Of a stretch of 64,000 nt of DNA, positions 41,172 to 53,810 are shown one piece after another. The stretch spans positions 75,136,898 through 75,200,897 of the forward strand of contig NC_068991.1 in assembly GCF_001194135.2 (NCBI RefSeq), written 5' to 3'. A program made the position numbers and the translations under genes. The notes under the pieces are model-generated. The model searched no databases, was not told where the DNA came from, and saw only the letters and a list, made by a program, of their open reading frames with translations. Origin of the DNA: Octopus bimaculoides. Lineage: Eukaryota. Each line of letters begins with the position of its first letter. Position 1 is the stretch's first letter.

Positions 41172-41744
41172 CACGTTGCTTCAGTTCCTCAGCTGGTACA
41201 AACAAGTAGCCCTGTGTTGGATCAATGTCCCATCCAGGTGGGGAATTTCTATGCCACTGAGATTGGGGAACTGGCCCTTATGAGCCTGGCATGGCTAGAG
41301 AAGAAGACATGTCTTCTTTTGTTTTGTTTTTTTTTAGTGGAGGCACATGGCCTAGTAGTTAGAGCAGCGGATTCGCAGTCAAGAAATCACGAGTTCGAAT
41401 CTCAGACTGGGTGATGTGAGTGTTTATGAGCGAAACACCTAAGCTCCAAGTGGCTCCAGCAGAAGGTAATGGTGAACTTCTGCTGACTCTTTCACCACAA
41501 CTTTCTTTCACTCTTTCCTTCTGCATCTAGCCGCTCACCTGCGATGGACCGGTGTCCCATCCAGGTGAGGTACCTATGTGCCAATGAAACCGGGAAACTG
41601 ACTGAGAAGGAACAAACAAGTAACTTAACAGGGTTGGTATGAAGGCGTGATGCATATTCGAACCCAAATCCACAACCACTTTTAATCAATTTCAGTTCTT
41701 CATTGGTATTTATTTTTTCCTTCTTTTTCTTCTCTTTTCTTCAG

Positions 41745-41855
41745 GTGTGTCAACACACGCATGCAGGTATGAGGAGCTGGGGAGCTGAAGCTATAACATC
41801 TTTAGTAAAAGCAGCACTAAATCACGCCTATGATCCATCTTTGCATAGCAACTTG
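41745..41855 (+). CDS. MON2: MON2 homolog, internal coding exon (111 nt, phase 0/0)
   Basis: Polypyrimidine tract + TTCAG acceptor and TTG|GTGAGT donor. Translates VCQHTHAGMRSWGAEAITSLVKAALNHAYDPSLHSNL, matching human MON2 [25 protein letters not shown] (recalled sequence). Confidence 0.95.
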
Positions 41856-42202
41856 GTGAGTAACTCTACTTTCACTCACTTTTCTAACACCTTTGTCTCC
41901 CAACTATTTACCTAATCACGCATATCTGTCATCAAATTAATCCTCTACTACTAATTCTGATATTTGTATTATTATTATGGATTATCATTGTCATCATCAT
42001 CATCATCATCATAACATCTACTTTTCCATGGTTGCATGGTTCAGGTGTGATTTATTGAGTAAGATTCCTACAGCAAGATGCTCTTCCTGCTGCCCACCCT
42101 TACTTGTTTCCAAGCAAGGTAATTTCTCCCAAGCCCTGGCAGTGTTTTTCGCTGAAGATCACTGTTTACAATTAGGATGCAGTGTCAAGGCCAGGAGACA
42201 AG

Positions 42203-42239
<37 letters not shown>

Positions 42240-42903
42240 CTTTTCTGTTTCTGCCTCCCAAATTCACTTGCAAGACTTTGGTCATCCTATGAATACAGCA
42301 AAAGAGGCTTGCTCAAGGTGCCATCTAATGGCACTTAACCGAAACTGATGGGGATGCAAAGAGAAGATCTTAATCCAAATAGCCATGCTTACTATTTTAA
42401 TTATTTATATTTCCTTGTTGATCTGTTATTCATGTTACTGTATTCTTCAATGCAACTCTAAATATGTCTTGTCTCTTGCATTGAAAGCTTCCTAGAAGAT
42501 CATAAAATATAACAGGCAACATTTTTCAGTTATGATATCTTTAAAAAGTCCTGTGATTTTTACATAAGAATGAATCAAATTTAATAACTTTGTACCATAT
42601 GTAAGAACTCTAAGCTGATAAAATATGTTTATCAATTTCTAATGGAAAATCATTGAAAAAGCTCTCTAGTGAAAGCATGATGTTCTTTTCATTGCCTAAA
42701 GTGCTCTACATATCAGAATTAGATTAGAAATCTTAAAGAAATGCCTTCAAATTGAAATCTAATTAGTTTCTATGGAATAATTCTATTCTTTTTATTCAAA
42801 TAGACTTTTACTTTTTATTTATTTCATTTTACAATTTTCTAAATTTTCTAAAGAAATTGTCAAAAGATTTATTCTTCGAATATTTTATAATTTCTTTTAC
42901 TAG

Positions 42904-43079
42904 AAACTGCAGGCTGCAATTCTTGCACCACTCCAGAAGTTGTCATCCATTACTCATGCTGACATTCGACAAAAGCAGTTGGACTGTGTCTTCCAGATTT
43001 TGCATAGTAATGGAGATACATTGCTCCATGGGTGGCCATTGGTGTTAGGGGTAATTGGAGCTCTTAATAACGATCAAAG
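42904..43079 (+). CDS. MON2: MON2 homolog, internal coding exon (176 nt, phase 0/2)
   Basis: TTTTACTAG acceptor and AG|GTTTGT donor. Translates [58 protein letters not shown], matching MON2 [39 protein letters not shown]. This frame is not in the ORF track. Confidence 0.95.
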
Positions 43080-43214
43080 GTTTGTTTAATTGCTTTGTTT
43101 TATAATTCTGTATTTTCTGCATGAATTCCATTCTCTTTTAATCTAGCTGTATTTTGAAAATTGCTTCTCTAGTAAAAGTAAAATAATTTTGCAAAACTTA
43201 AAGAATTTTGTATG

Positions 43215-43260
<46 letters not shown>

Positions 43261-44160
43261 GTTTTTAAACATAACTCATCCATAAGAGATGTTATCTCTG
43301 GATGAATTGCTCTGAAGATTTGCCTTTCATTGATGTATAGTCATTGAGTATGATGCATTGGTGGCCATTTTGATCTAATGCTGCTTCTATTGCATATCAG
43401 ATTTTTACTAGATGTAAAATTTATATCAATAACATAGCAATAAAACTGATTTGTAAAATGTTGCGTTTAATGTTCTTTCAACAAAATAATACTAAAGCAA
43501 AAATTGAATTAAGACTTCATGTTTTTATGTAGGATTCAGTCTAAAAAGTTTTTTTTTTTTCTTTGGGGAGGGTTGGGGATCCTGGCTCATGGTTGTGTTA
43601 AAAACTTGTTACTAAAATAAGTTTCAAATGCAGTTGAAGCAGCAAAAATGGCAGAATGTCAAGCAAAATATTGACTATTTTTTTTCTTTTTTTGACCCAT
43701 CTAAGGGGAAAAGCAGAATCTATCTAGCTGGTATAATAATTTCTCTGTCATCATCATCTGTGGTACATGTTCTGGTAAATCTAGGATACTAATTAGGTAC
43801 ATGCATAAATGTAAAACAGTGCTTTGCAAACTATTTTGATTATTGTTCTGCTATTTTCAAGTGACTCTTTTTCAATGGCCCCTTGCTATCGTTCATCAAA
43901 CTTAATGCTGACAGGTTGATCTTCATTGATATAATACCGAATGTCAAATTATTTTAACCTCTAATTTGAACTCAGAACACAAAAGAGCCTAAACAGACAA
44001 CATATTGCATCTCATCCAGTGCTCTAACAATTCTGCCAGATCATGTCCCTCAAAGGCTGTACTTTTATTTATCAACCCTGGAAGGATCAAAATCTCACTA
44101 TAGTCAACAGTGAGATTTGAACTCAGACTACAAGATGCTGGTATAGACATAAATGGAATT

Positions 44161-44216
44161 TTATCTGATGCTCTATCTGATGTTATCTGATGCTCTATCT
44201 GATGTTATCTGATGTT
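44161..44216. repeat. 22-bp tandem repeat (TTATCTGATGCTCTATCTGATG), about 2.5 copies
   Basis: Read directly. Confidence 0.85.
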
Positions 44217-44319
44217 TATACAATTTCACCATTTTTTAAAATAAGGATCACTGAACTTTGTGATGAAAGATCTAACTCATCTATTATAAACTTCAGCATT
44301 CTGAATAAGTTTCTGCTTA

Positions 44320-44439
44320 CTCTACATGCAAATTCTGTAACTCTACATGCAAATTCTGTAACTCTACATGCAAATTCTGTAACTCTACATGCAAATTCTG
44401 TAACTCTACATGCAAATTCTGTAACTCTACATGCAAATT
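44320..44439. repeat. Perfect 21-bp tandem repeat, 5.7 copies (CTCTACATGCAAATTCTGTAA)
   Basis: Identical units at 44320, 44341, 44362, 44383 and 44404, plus a partial unit at 44425. Confidence 0.97.
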
Positions 44440-44738
44440 TCAATGCTATGAAAAATTTGAATATATGATTTAGTATTGAGATTTAATTTTTCCTTCTCAT
44501 TACCTCATAAAATATTTTTGTATGATTAAAATTGAATTTTTATTGGAATCACTGACACAACAAGATGCCTTTAAATCTTTCCAATGACACTTAAATCAAA
44601 TATTTTATATCAGTTACAATCTAGGAGAATGCAGCTAATGGTCTTTCTTTTCGTTTGTTCACTTTATTTATTGACAATTTTCAAACTAATTTACGATCAG
44701 AAAGTTTCAACAAACACTTTTGTGTGTCTGTGTATGTA

Positions 44739-44818
<80 letters not shown>

Positions 44819-45347
44819 CATATACTTTATCAATGTTTCATTATCTGATATCACTCCGTACATTGTTTAGAAGAAATCTCATTGTTCGTTTATTTGGTTT
44901 TTATGTCCATTTTTCCTATACTAGCATGGGCGAATGTTCTAGGTATGGCTTTGAACTGCATTCATTAGTGCGGCCCTGGTTCAGGCGTTCTAGTGTTTTG
45001 AGAAGTGTGGTGCCACCGCTCAGCCACTATTGTTTCTAGTTCAATGCTGACCTGGAGTAATAGCACTTTTCAGGATCTCAGCTATGAGTAAATCAGCAAA
45101 TCAGTGAAGTAGATCGATCTGATTAGTGTATGGGTGGGACGCAACCTGTGTAGGAGATTCAAAGATATTTCAAACTAATTCTAGCAACTTTTGTAACGCT
45201 GCAAGTGTCAAATTGTAACAGCTGTGCTGTTTCTTTGGATTCATCAGTATAGAAAGGTGAGGTGGGGGGGCATATGCAGCATGGGTAACATCCTGTCACC
45301 TATACCACATTCGCCAGGCTTGGACCCTACCCTTTGCTAGCACTGCC

Positions 45348-45673
45348 GTTAGTCAAGCAAATCGACCCTGGGACTTATTCTTTGTAAGCCTAGTACTTAT
45401 TCTATCAGTCTCTTTTGCCGAACTGCTAAGTGACGGGGACATAAACACACCAGCATCGGTTGTCAAGCAATGCTAGGGGGACAAACACAGACAGACAGAC
45501 ACACACACACACACACAACGGGCTTCCTTCAGTTTCCATCTACGAAATCCACTCACAAGGCTTTGGTCGGCCTGAGGCTATAGTAGAAGACACCTGCCCA
45601 AGGGGCCACGCAGTGCGACTGAACCCGGAACCATGTGGTTGGTAAGCAAGCTACTTACCACACAGCCACTCCT
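45348..45673 (-). mobile_element. SINE family A
   Basis: Reverse-complement match to the family A head and body. A second, degenerate copy follows at about 45880-46260. Confidence 0.85.
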
Positions 45674-45679
45674 GTTGAA

Positions 45680-45870
45680 TAATCTACACTGGAGTGGTGG
45701 AAGTTACAACTCGAACCTCCCTGGGACAGGCCATAAGTTGTAGCTTATGTGACAAACACTGTCCTTCACGCATTGGACTGTTCAGCACTCAACAAATGCT
45801 GGACCAGTGGGATAGACAACTAAGGCCTTTGTCCATTGTCATTAATGACCAGTGGAGGCCCCAGGAGTCC
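45680..45870 (+). mobile_element. RTE-like LINE 3' remnant
   Basis: Reads CSLCDKHCPSRIGLFS, resembling the RTE terminal CxxC...SRIGLFSH finger. Confidence 0.55.
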
Positions 45871-46779
45871 TTGTTTGTCATTTATGTTTTACTTGTTAAA
45901 GTCACGGGGCTGCTGCCATGCTGGGGCACCACCTTGAAAGGCTTAGTCAATTGAGATCAACCCTAATACTTACTTTTAAGCCTGGTTCTTATTCTGTCAG
46001 TTTCTTGTGCTGAACTGCTAAGTTACAGAGATGTAAATAGATCAATATTGGTGAGTGGGACATGCACACACATACACACACACACACACAGATGCGCGTG
46101 CACACACACAGAGGTTATTACACAGTTTCCAGCTACCAAATTCACTCACAATGCATTAGTCAGCTTAGGGTTATAATAGAAGACACTTTCCCAAGGTGCC
46201 ACAATGTGGGATTGAACCTGAAATCATTTGCTGTAAAGGGAATTTGTTAGCCACGCACCTATGACTGTGTCTCTGCCATCAAAACATTGGTTTGACTGAG
46301 GGCTGGCGAACCAGATGGCTGCACCAGGCTCCAATCTGATCTGGCAGAGTTTCTACAGCTGAATGGCCTTCCTAACGCCAACCACTCTGAGAGTGTAGAA
46401 AGTGCTTTTACGTGCCACCAGCATGAGGGCCAGTCAGGCGGTTCTGACAATGACCACACCCAAAAGGTGATTTTTACGTGNNNNNNNNNNNNNNNNNNNN
46501 NNNNNNNNNNNNNNNNNNNNNNNNNNNNNNNNNNNNNNNNNNNNNNNNNNNNNNNNNNNNNNNNNNNNNNNNNNNNNNNNNNNNNNNNNNNNNNNNNNNN
46601 NNNNNNNNNNNNNNNNNNNNNNNNNNNNNNNNNNNNNNNNNNNNNNNNNNNNNNNNNNNNNNNNNNNNNNNNNNNNNNNNNNGTGATGCTGGTAACAATC
46701 ACACCCAAATAGTGCTTTTTACGTACCACTGGCACAGGAGCCAGCCAGCAGCCCTGGCAACGATCATGCTCGGATGGTG

Positions 46780-46814
<35 letters not shown>

Positions 46815-46820
<6 letters not shown>

Positions 46821-46985
46821 GAGAATATACAAAAAATAACAACAGACGAGGACAGGTGGTGTAAATAACAAAAGTATATATTAGTATGACGCTCGGGAAT
46901 ACGGAAAGTCTTTGACGTTTCGAGCTACGCTCTTCAACAGAAAGAATACGGAGACAAGGAGAAAAACACGGAGAAAAAAAATATA
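46815..46985 (-). mobile_element. Penelope-like pseudo-LTR fragment carrying a hammerhead
   Basis: A short unique segment between TA-rich tracts that contains the hammerhead at 46909-46945. PLE assignment is inferred from the motif. Confidence 0.5.
46909..46945 (-). ncRNA. Minimal type-I hammerhead-like motif, CUGUUGA core variant
   Basis: Minus strand reads TCTTT-CTGTTGA-A-GAGC-gta-GCTC-GAAAC-GTC-AAAGA: 5-bp stem I, 4-bp stem II, ACGU palindromic stem III and a GUC triplet. Confidence 0.68.
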
Positions 46986-48069
46986 TATATAGTTTCTGAC
47001 ATACAATGGGCTCCATACAGTTTATGTCTACCAAATTCCTTCAGAAGACCTTTGCAATGTTGTAGAATTGAACCCCAAACCAGTTGGTTGTGGACTAAAC
47101 TTCTTAAGCATATACACCTATGTGTACAGTTTGTGAATGCAATATGTGTTGCCCCATAAATATTGCTTCCTGTTGAACTCTTGTAGTTCTAATTAACACC
47201 ATGCAATTATTTGTTTAGATTCTCCCGTCTGTAATTATCAACTTTCATTAGTGTATAACTGTTAATTACTACAATTGTGCTCAGTTGAGAGTTTTATTGC
47301 ATCTAATATAAATGATTATACAGTCTGGTATCGCAATGTTCAGAAGTTGTTCCTTCTTGTTTCACATTTAGATGACATTTTTCCCCAAACGTTTTCTTAA
47401 TGTTTTTTAAATTTTTTTTTATATTTCGAACTTGTTTCTTTGTTTTATGCCTTTGTTGAGATATTCTGAAATGAATATTTTGGATCAGATGAATTGATAA
47501 ATGACTCTAAAACACTTTCCATGTATACACACACACAAAGTAAAACACACATATATACGTTACCAACATCAACGTCATCAACATCGTCATCATCATCACA
47601 TTCATCATCATTTCAACCTCGTCTAAGACAGCCCCTTTTTCTAGAATTATAATTTTTTTTTTAAGTGATCTAAATTTCATTGGTTTACAACTGTTAATTA
47701 CTAGAAAATTGTACCAAAATTTCATGCATTTATTTGTAAAGTTAAAGAAATTATTAAAAATTGAAAAAAATTGAAACCAAACAACAACTTTTGGGACACT
47801 CTGTACACACACACACACACACACACTAATTTACACTGATGCATTTGAATAGGAATGCACAGGCACACACACATACACATACATGACAGACATCTACATG
47901 GCTTATGTCGGGTAAATTGTATCCACAAGACATTGGCAAACCTGAGGTTATGGTAATACATACTTATTCAGACTGCTATGCATTGCTATAGGTCTTCGAG
48001 CCATGCAATTTCATAGTGAATTTCTTAAGCACACAGTCATGCCTCTTCCACAAAGCACTGGAATCTAAC

Positions 48070-48118
<49 letters not shown>

Positions 48119-48454
48119 GTATATGCCTGTGTCATGTAACCGGCACCTGTGCCGGTGGCATGTGAAAAGCATCCACTACACTCTTGGAGTGGTTGACATT
48201 AGGAAGGGCATCTAGCCGTAGAAACTATGCTGAATCAGACTGGAGCCTGGTGTAGCTCCCCAGCTTACCAGTTCTTTCAAAACATGCAACCCATGCCAGT
48301 ATAGAAAGGACGTTAAATGATGATGATCATGTGTATATAATATAGATGTGTGTGTCTAATATATATCTATATATGTATACATTTGTGTATATAATATATG
48401 TATACATATATGTGTATATGATATATGGTCGCATATACGCACACACACATACAT

Positions 48455-48500
<46 letters not shown>

Positions 48501-48529
48501 CACCATATTATTTATTTCTTTATATAATA

Positions 48530-48786
48530 AAAATAAATGCGCCCTTTTAAAGTCTAGCCAGGCTCATGGGCCTGGTTTCCTGGTTTCAATGGCATATATA
48601 TTCCCCAGCTGCACGGGATGCCAGTCTATTGCAGTGTTACTCATTTTTTGCCAGCTGAGTGGACAGGAGCAATGTGAAATGAAGTGTTTTGCTCAAGAAC
48701 ACAACGCGTCGCCCAGTCCAGGAATCGAAACCACAATCTTACGATCATGATGCTGACACCCTACCCACTAAACCATGCGCCTCCAC
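48530..48786 (-). mobile_element. tRNA-derived SINE family E
   Basis: Minus strand reads ggaggcgcatggtttagtgggtaggg...ggtttcgattcctggactggg...cttgagcaaaacacttcatttcac. Degenerate relatives lie near 7471, 21530 and 40672. Confidence 0.75.
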
Positions 48787-50521
48787 ATTTCTTTATATAC
48801 TATTTATAATTTAATTAGATTTCCCCAATCAATATAATTATACACTTTCTGCATATTATTAAGTTGAAGTTTCCTTAATGCATCTTCATTTCATTACAAC
48901 TGATTCAATTTAGATTTCAAATATGAAAAATCCCAGTCCATCATTTGATACCATCACACATGTCCTAATGATTCACGGCTCGTTTTGGTGTAATGTGATT
49001 TCTAGTTTCTTATATTGAAAATTGCTGCACCAGTCAACATCTGGTGAACAACTTTAATGTGGCATTAGTAAGGAGCATGTCAAAGAACTCTCCTTGTTTT
49101 CATCGCACCGTAACAAATCAATCACACCCTTTAAAGAAATTGCATGCAATATAAGACAAGTTTTCTTCTTGCTATCGTTAATAATTGTGCTTTGTCTTGA
49201 AATGCGCTTTTCAGATTTGTTAAGTTATCTGCTCAGCAGGAGTATGTAGAACTACTAGATTTTTGCATTCATCTACTACAGAGTCTTATCATCTTCAAAT
49301 GGATCTTCTTTGTTGTTTTGAAACACAAACTTCACATTGATTTAGAAACGAAACCAATAATGGCTTTAACTAGTTATCCAAGTCAATTTCAGGATGGAAA
49401 TAACCGTTAGATATTGATTTTGAATCTACCATTATATTCAAAAATTAATTCTCCATAGCTTTTAAAGCAGTTGAATATAAGCTTTATAATATGTTATTGC
49501 CCATAAAAGGCACGTGGATAAAAGTGTTTTATTGGCTATAAGGAGCAAATAAATAAAAGTTATTGATGGTCGACATTTCTTGGTTTGATTTCACCATGGA
49601 ATGGCTGCTCTGTAATAATAAGGAAGAAAGTGCCAAAGCAAGTGTGATTATATCTTTCATCTTTCTATCTGGAATTACATCAGTTTCTCTAGATCCAAAG
49701 CTGTATAAAAAATATAATAAAACTGGTTTGCGTCATTCATATTTTTTTTATATTTTAAACATAATTCTACTTATATTTATGTTCGATCTCGGTATGAATG
49801 AATTGGTAAAAAGAAAAAAAAATTATACTAACTAAGCATACAAAATATATTTTATATTCCATCATTTTTCTTTCATTTTTCACTCATCTGTCCTTTCTTT
49901 CATCCATCCATCTATTTTGCACCTCCCGTAAAAACAAATATACATACATATGTATATTGTGCAAGCATCCAGAAATCTGTATATACAAGCTCATGATGCA
50001 GACATACTGTGCACCATTAGCTCTTAGTTTATCCATGGTATAAAAAGGATTTTTTTTTTATGGAAGAATTGCTCTTTTAGTTTTTATAGGTATCAATTTT
50101 ATTATATGTTTACTCTATCTCCCTGTTCAGGTATCTCAATTTTGTTATACAAAGGAAATGTATGCTAGCTTAGGTTACCAAATACATTTAACATGTTGAT
50201 GGGTGAAAACCTTGTTCGTACATTAATTTAAGTTCTTGAGAATGTCCCAGTGATTACATTAGTTTCTTGTGTCCACAAATTACTTGCAGTCCATATATTG
50301 TCAGCATCAAGAAATTTTGGGGATAAATTTGCAGGTTGTCATAAAATCCATAAGGGACTGTGCACATATATCCGTGTGGGTGGGGGTGATTTGTCAAGTG
50401 GTTTGCCTGCTCGTGGTCTTGTTATGCATTCATTACGGTCCATTGAACATACTTGAAATAACTGCTCAAATAAACATGGATAAAAGTTGCAAATCAAGCT
50501 GTCACTCTGGTACACAGACAT

Positions 50522-50558
<37 letters not shown>

Positions 50559-50948
50559 TAAACACGCACACATAAACACGCGCACATGCACACATGTACA
50601 CACTCTTACATGCATACACCCACACAAACACTAACTCAACCTGCTGGGTTTTTCAAAGATATGAAGGAATCATGCTAAGCAATTTTGTTCCAAAAACATG
50701 CGATGCTTAGTGGATGTACATGTACAAACATGCATCCGTTTTGGATTCATTAAATTTACAAGCGCAATGCGATCTAAGTATCTTTTATCAATCTGGTTTT
50801 TACAATTCATTTCACCAACATAGCATTCCATTTTCTGATGACTTGATGTCCTCCTTTGTAACATTTCAAACCATACTGTATGTTTAGCCTGTCTTTCAAT
50901 ATAATCATAATTGTTATGAACTTTTGACTTATTCTCATGCTGTATCAT

Positions 50949-50949
50949 A

Positions 50950-51025
<76 letters not shown>

Positions 51026-51060
51026 TGATAGTAATAGTAATAATAATAATAATAATAATA
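50949..51060. repeat. (TAA)n microsatellite
   Basis: Read directly. Confidence 0.95.
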
Positions 51061-51138
51061 TATTCCACAATGTAGAATATTTGAAAGAAAAGTCATTCCT
51101 CTTATATCTACAAATATGTATGTATGTATGTATATCTA

Positions 51139-51182
<44 letters not shown>

Positions 51183-52642
51183 TAAATGTGTGTGAGTGTA
51201 AGTGTACACACACACACATATGTAGTCAAACTAGTTATCATCTTGGTTGTTATAGTCACATTATAATGGTCATTGTCCTTTCTGGCCATCTTCAGCTGTC
51301 TCTTGTATTCAGAGCCATTCTCATAATTTGAAGCTGAATCATTAATAAAATCCAGGAGACAGAATGCAATTTACATCCATACCATTCTTCTTCCTTCATC
51401 ATGGCATTTGGCTAATTTCAAAAAGTTTGAAACCATCGTCTCTCTCTCTATTAAATATGTTATTTTGCCTCTTCCCCCTATTTCCAGTCCTTGTAGGGCC
51501 CTTCCAGGGATAGTTGATGACCTGGCTTCCTTCAGGGAACAAACTCTGCTAATCAAACAACATGATCCTCAAGACTTACATGTTGCACATGTCTTTTGAT
51601 TGATTTCCTGACTTTGTGGTATTTCACCTGCCTTTTTATGTTCTGAGTTCAAATTCCGCCACGGTCGACTTTGCCTTTCATCCTTTCAGAGTCGATAAAT
51701 GAAGTACCAGTAGAACACTGGGGTCGATGTAATCGATTAATCCCCTCCCCACAAAATGTCAAAGCCTTGTACCTTCAGTAGAAAGGATTTCCTGACTTTT
51801 CAATGGATTAATCAACATGTCAAGAATTATTTCTTTAGACATGATTTTCCTTAATATTTTAAATTTGGTTATGTAAACTGGTTATGCTTATAAAGTAATT
51901 TTTATTGATATGGGCAGGAGGGATGGCCATGTGGTTAAAAAATTTACTTCATATCATTTCACTTGATGGCCTTCCATCATAAACACAGGTTGGCCAATAA
52001 CCTGTATATGGAACTCAACAGATGTGAACTATGCTATAGCTCTCCGGTGTATGCATACGCATGTGTGTATGTGTAGATATATGATTTGTTCACTGAATTA
52101 TGACAGCAAAGGCTCTGAAGATTGGTAAAATAACTAAATAAACAAAAGGCAAAGTGGGTGTGTTATGAATAAAGCCCCTTGATATATGCTTTTTGCCTTG
52201 AGCTATAGACACTCCCCTTTTCGCCCTTCCTATGAACCAGTGAGGGTCTGACTGGAAGCCTGTAAACAGTGACACTATAGTTCAGCAACTGCAATACATA
52301 TACATGCATATATATATGTATATATGTATATACATACACACACACATATATTCACCGTCATCATTTAACGTCCACTTTCCATGCTAGCATGGGTTGGACA
52401 ATTTGACTGAGGACTGGTGAGCCAGATGGCTACACCAGGCTCCAATCTGATTTGGCAGAGTTTCTACAGCTGGATGCCCTTCCTAACGCCAACCACTCTG
52501 AGAATATAGTGGGTGCTTTTACGTGCCACCAGCATGAAGGCCAGTCAGGCGGTACTGGCAATGGCCTATGTATGCCCACGTGAATTGTTGGCAATTTTTT
52601 TTCCTCCGTCTTCCTTTTCTCTGGGACTTTCCTATGTCTCCT

Positions 52643-52677
52643 GTTTCTAAAGAAGAGCTCTACTCGAAACATAAAAC
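52643..52677 (+). ncRNA. Degenerate type-I hammerhead-like motif (core mutated)
   Basis: GTTT-CTAAAGA-A-GAG-ctcta-CTC-GAAAC-ATA-AAAC: stem I GTTT/AAAC and stem II are present. Core G5 is A and the G of the cleavage triplet is A. Confidence 0.5.
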
Positions 52678-53810
52678 CACCTTTCTTTCCTTCCCTGAGC
52701 ATCTGATAATATCTTGCATGTATGACGTCCTTGCGTTGTTGTTTTTTTCTTGCGTTTGTTCTTCGTTTTTTGGGAATTACTATATACACACATATATANN
52801 NNNNNNNNNNNNNNNNTATATATAAAGAGCATACAGAAATAGGTCTTTGTAAGTATATCATATTATTATGCATTCTCTTATATAATCGTTATATTTTATT
52901 GGTTTAATATTCTCAGTATTGATCTATATTCTATAGAATTGATAGGAAAAAAAATGTTGTAGTTTGAAAGAACAGACATAATGCTTAATACCAGTCTTAC
53001 TAAATTTCAATAATCCTCAATACATATTAGCAGAGTTTATTCTGAAGTATAATAAATCATGTAAGCTGCTTGTGTCATTCTACATGTTGACTATATGACA
53101 TCTTGCATAATTTTATCCATTTTTCGTTTATTCTCTCTTTATTTATTTATTTCGAATAATTTGTTTTAGCATTCCAATTTACTTGCACATTGCAAAGAAA
53201 TGTTCTGAAAATGAAAAACAGACATTTATTGGTGACAAATAATCACGATTGCTATTTGAGAGGAAGGCTTCTGTTCATTTGACAACTTTGGCAAAGCTGT
53301 CATCCAACATTGAAAAATTCCTAACCCTGAGCATAGAAGAGAATAAGTTCTTCAGCCTGTTCTCGATAATTTCGAAAATATCTTTGCACTTTGCTGTGCA
53401 TTCTTGATGCTCTGCCATGCATTTGTCAAGCTCAGGTGGCTTAATTAACTGATAACGCTTGTCGAACTTTTGCCAGAGATCAAGAAACCATTTTCCATGC
53501 TCCTTCCTAATGTCCTCTCATATTGCTGCTATCTCTGGATCTATATTAAACATTTCTTAAAGTATACAAGATGGACCGATGACACTACCTTATTCAGTTA
53601 GTAATGAACAGCTTCTTTCACTGTAAACCATTTGAATGGTGCTTCTGTAATTGATTTATAAGAAACGAGATTATATGGAAGATGGGAACAATAGAATGAA
53701 GGACTGGATTTTATTTCTCCAGTACATTCCTTACCAAATTCAGTAAATGACTGGAATATAAGGTCATAGAATACAATTTTGTTTTTAGGAGAGTAGTAGA
53801 CTTCATTTTT

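Noticed and set aside
41764-41772. Internal CAG|GTATGA cryptic donor in the first MON2 exon
   Set aside because: Using it would shift the frame, and the downstream GTGAGT donor keeps MON2 homology. There is no evidence of use without RNA data.
45200-45250. Minus-strand CTGATGA...GAAAC near 45241
   Set aside because: No stem II can form between the core halves and there is no stem I partner.
48900-49200. Possible DDE transposase traces on the minus strand
   Set aside because: Only loose motif resemblance in inconsistent frames, which I cannot support by eye.
51255-51300. Minus-strand CTGAAGA-TGGCC...GGAC segment
   Set aside because: The GAAA half of the core is missing, so it is too decayed to call a hammerhead.
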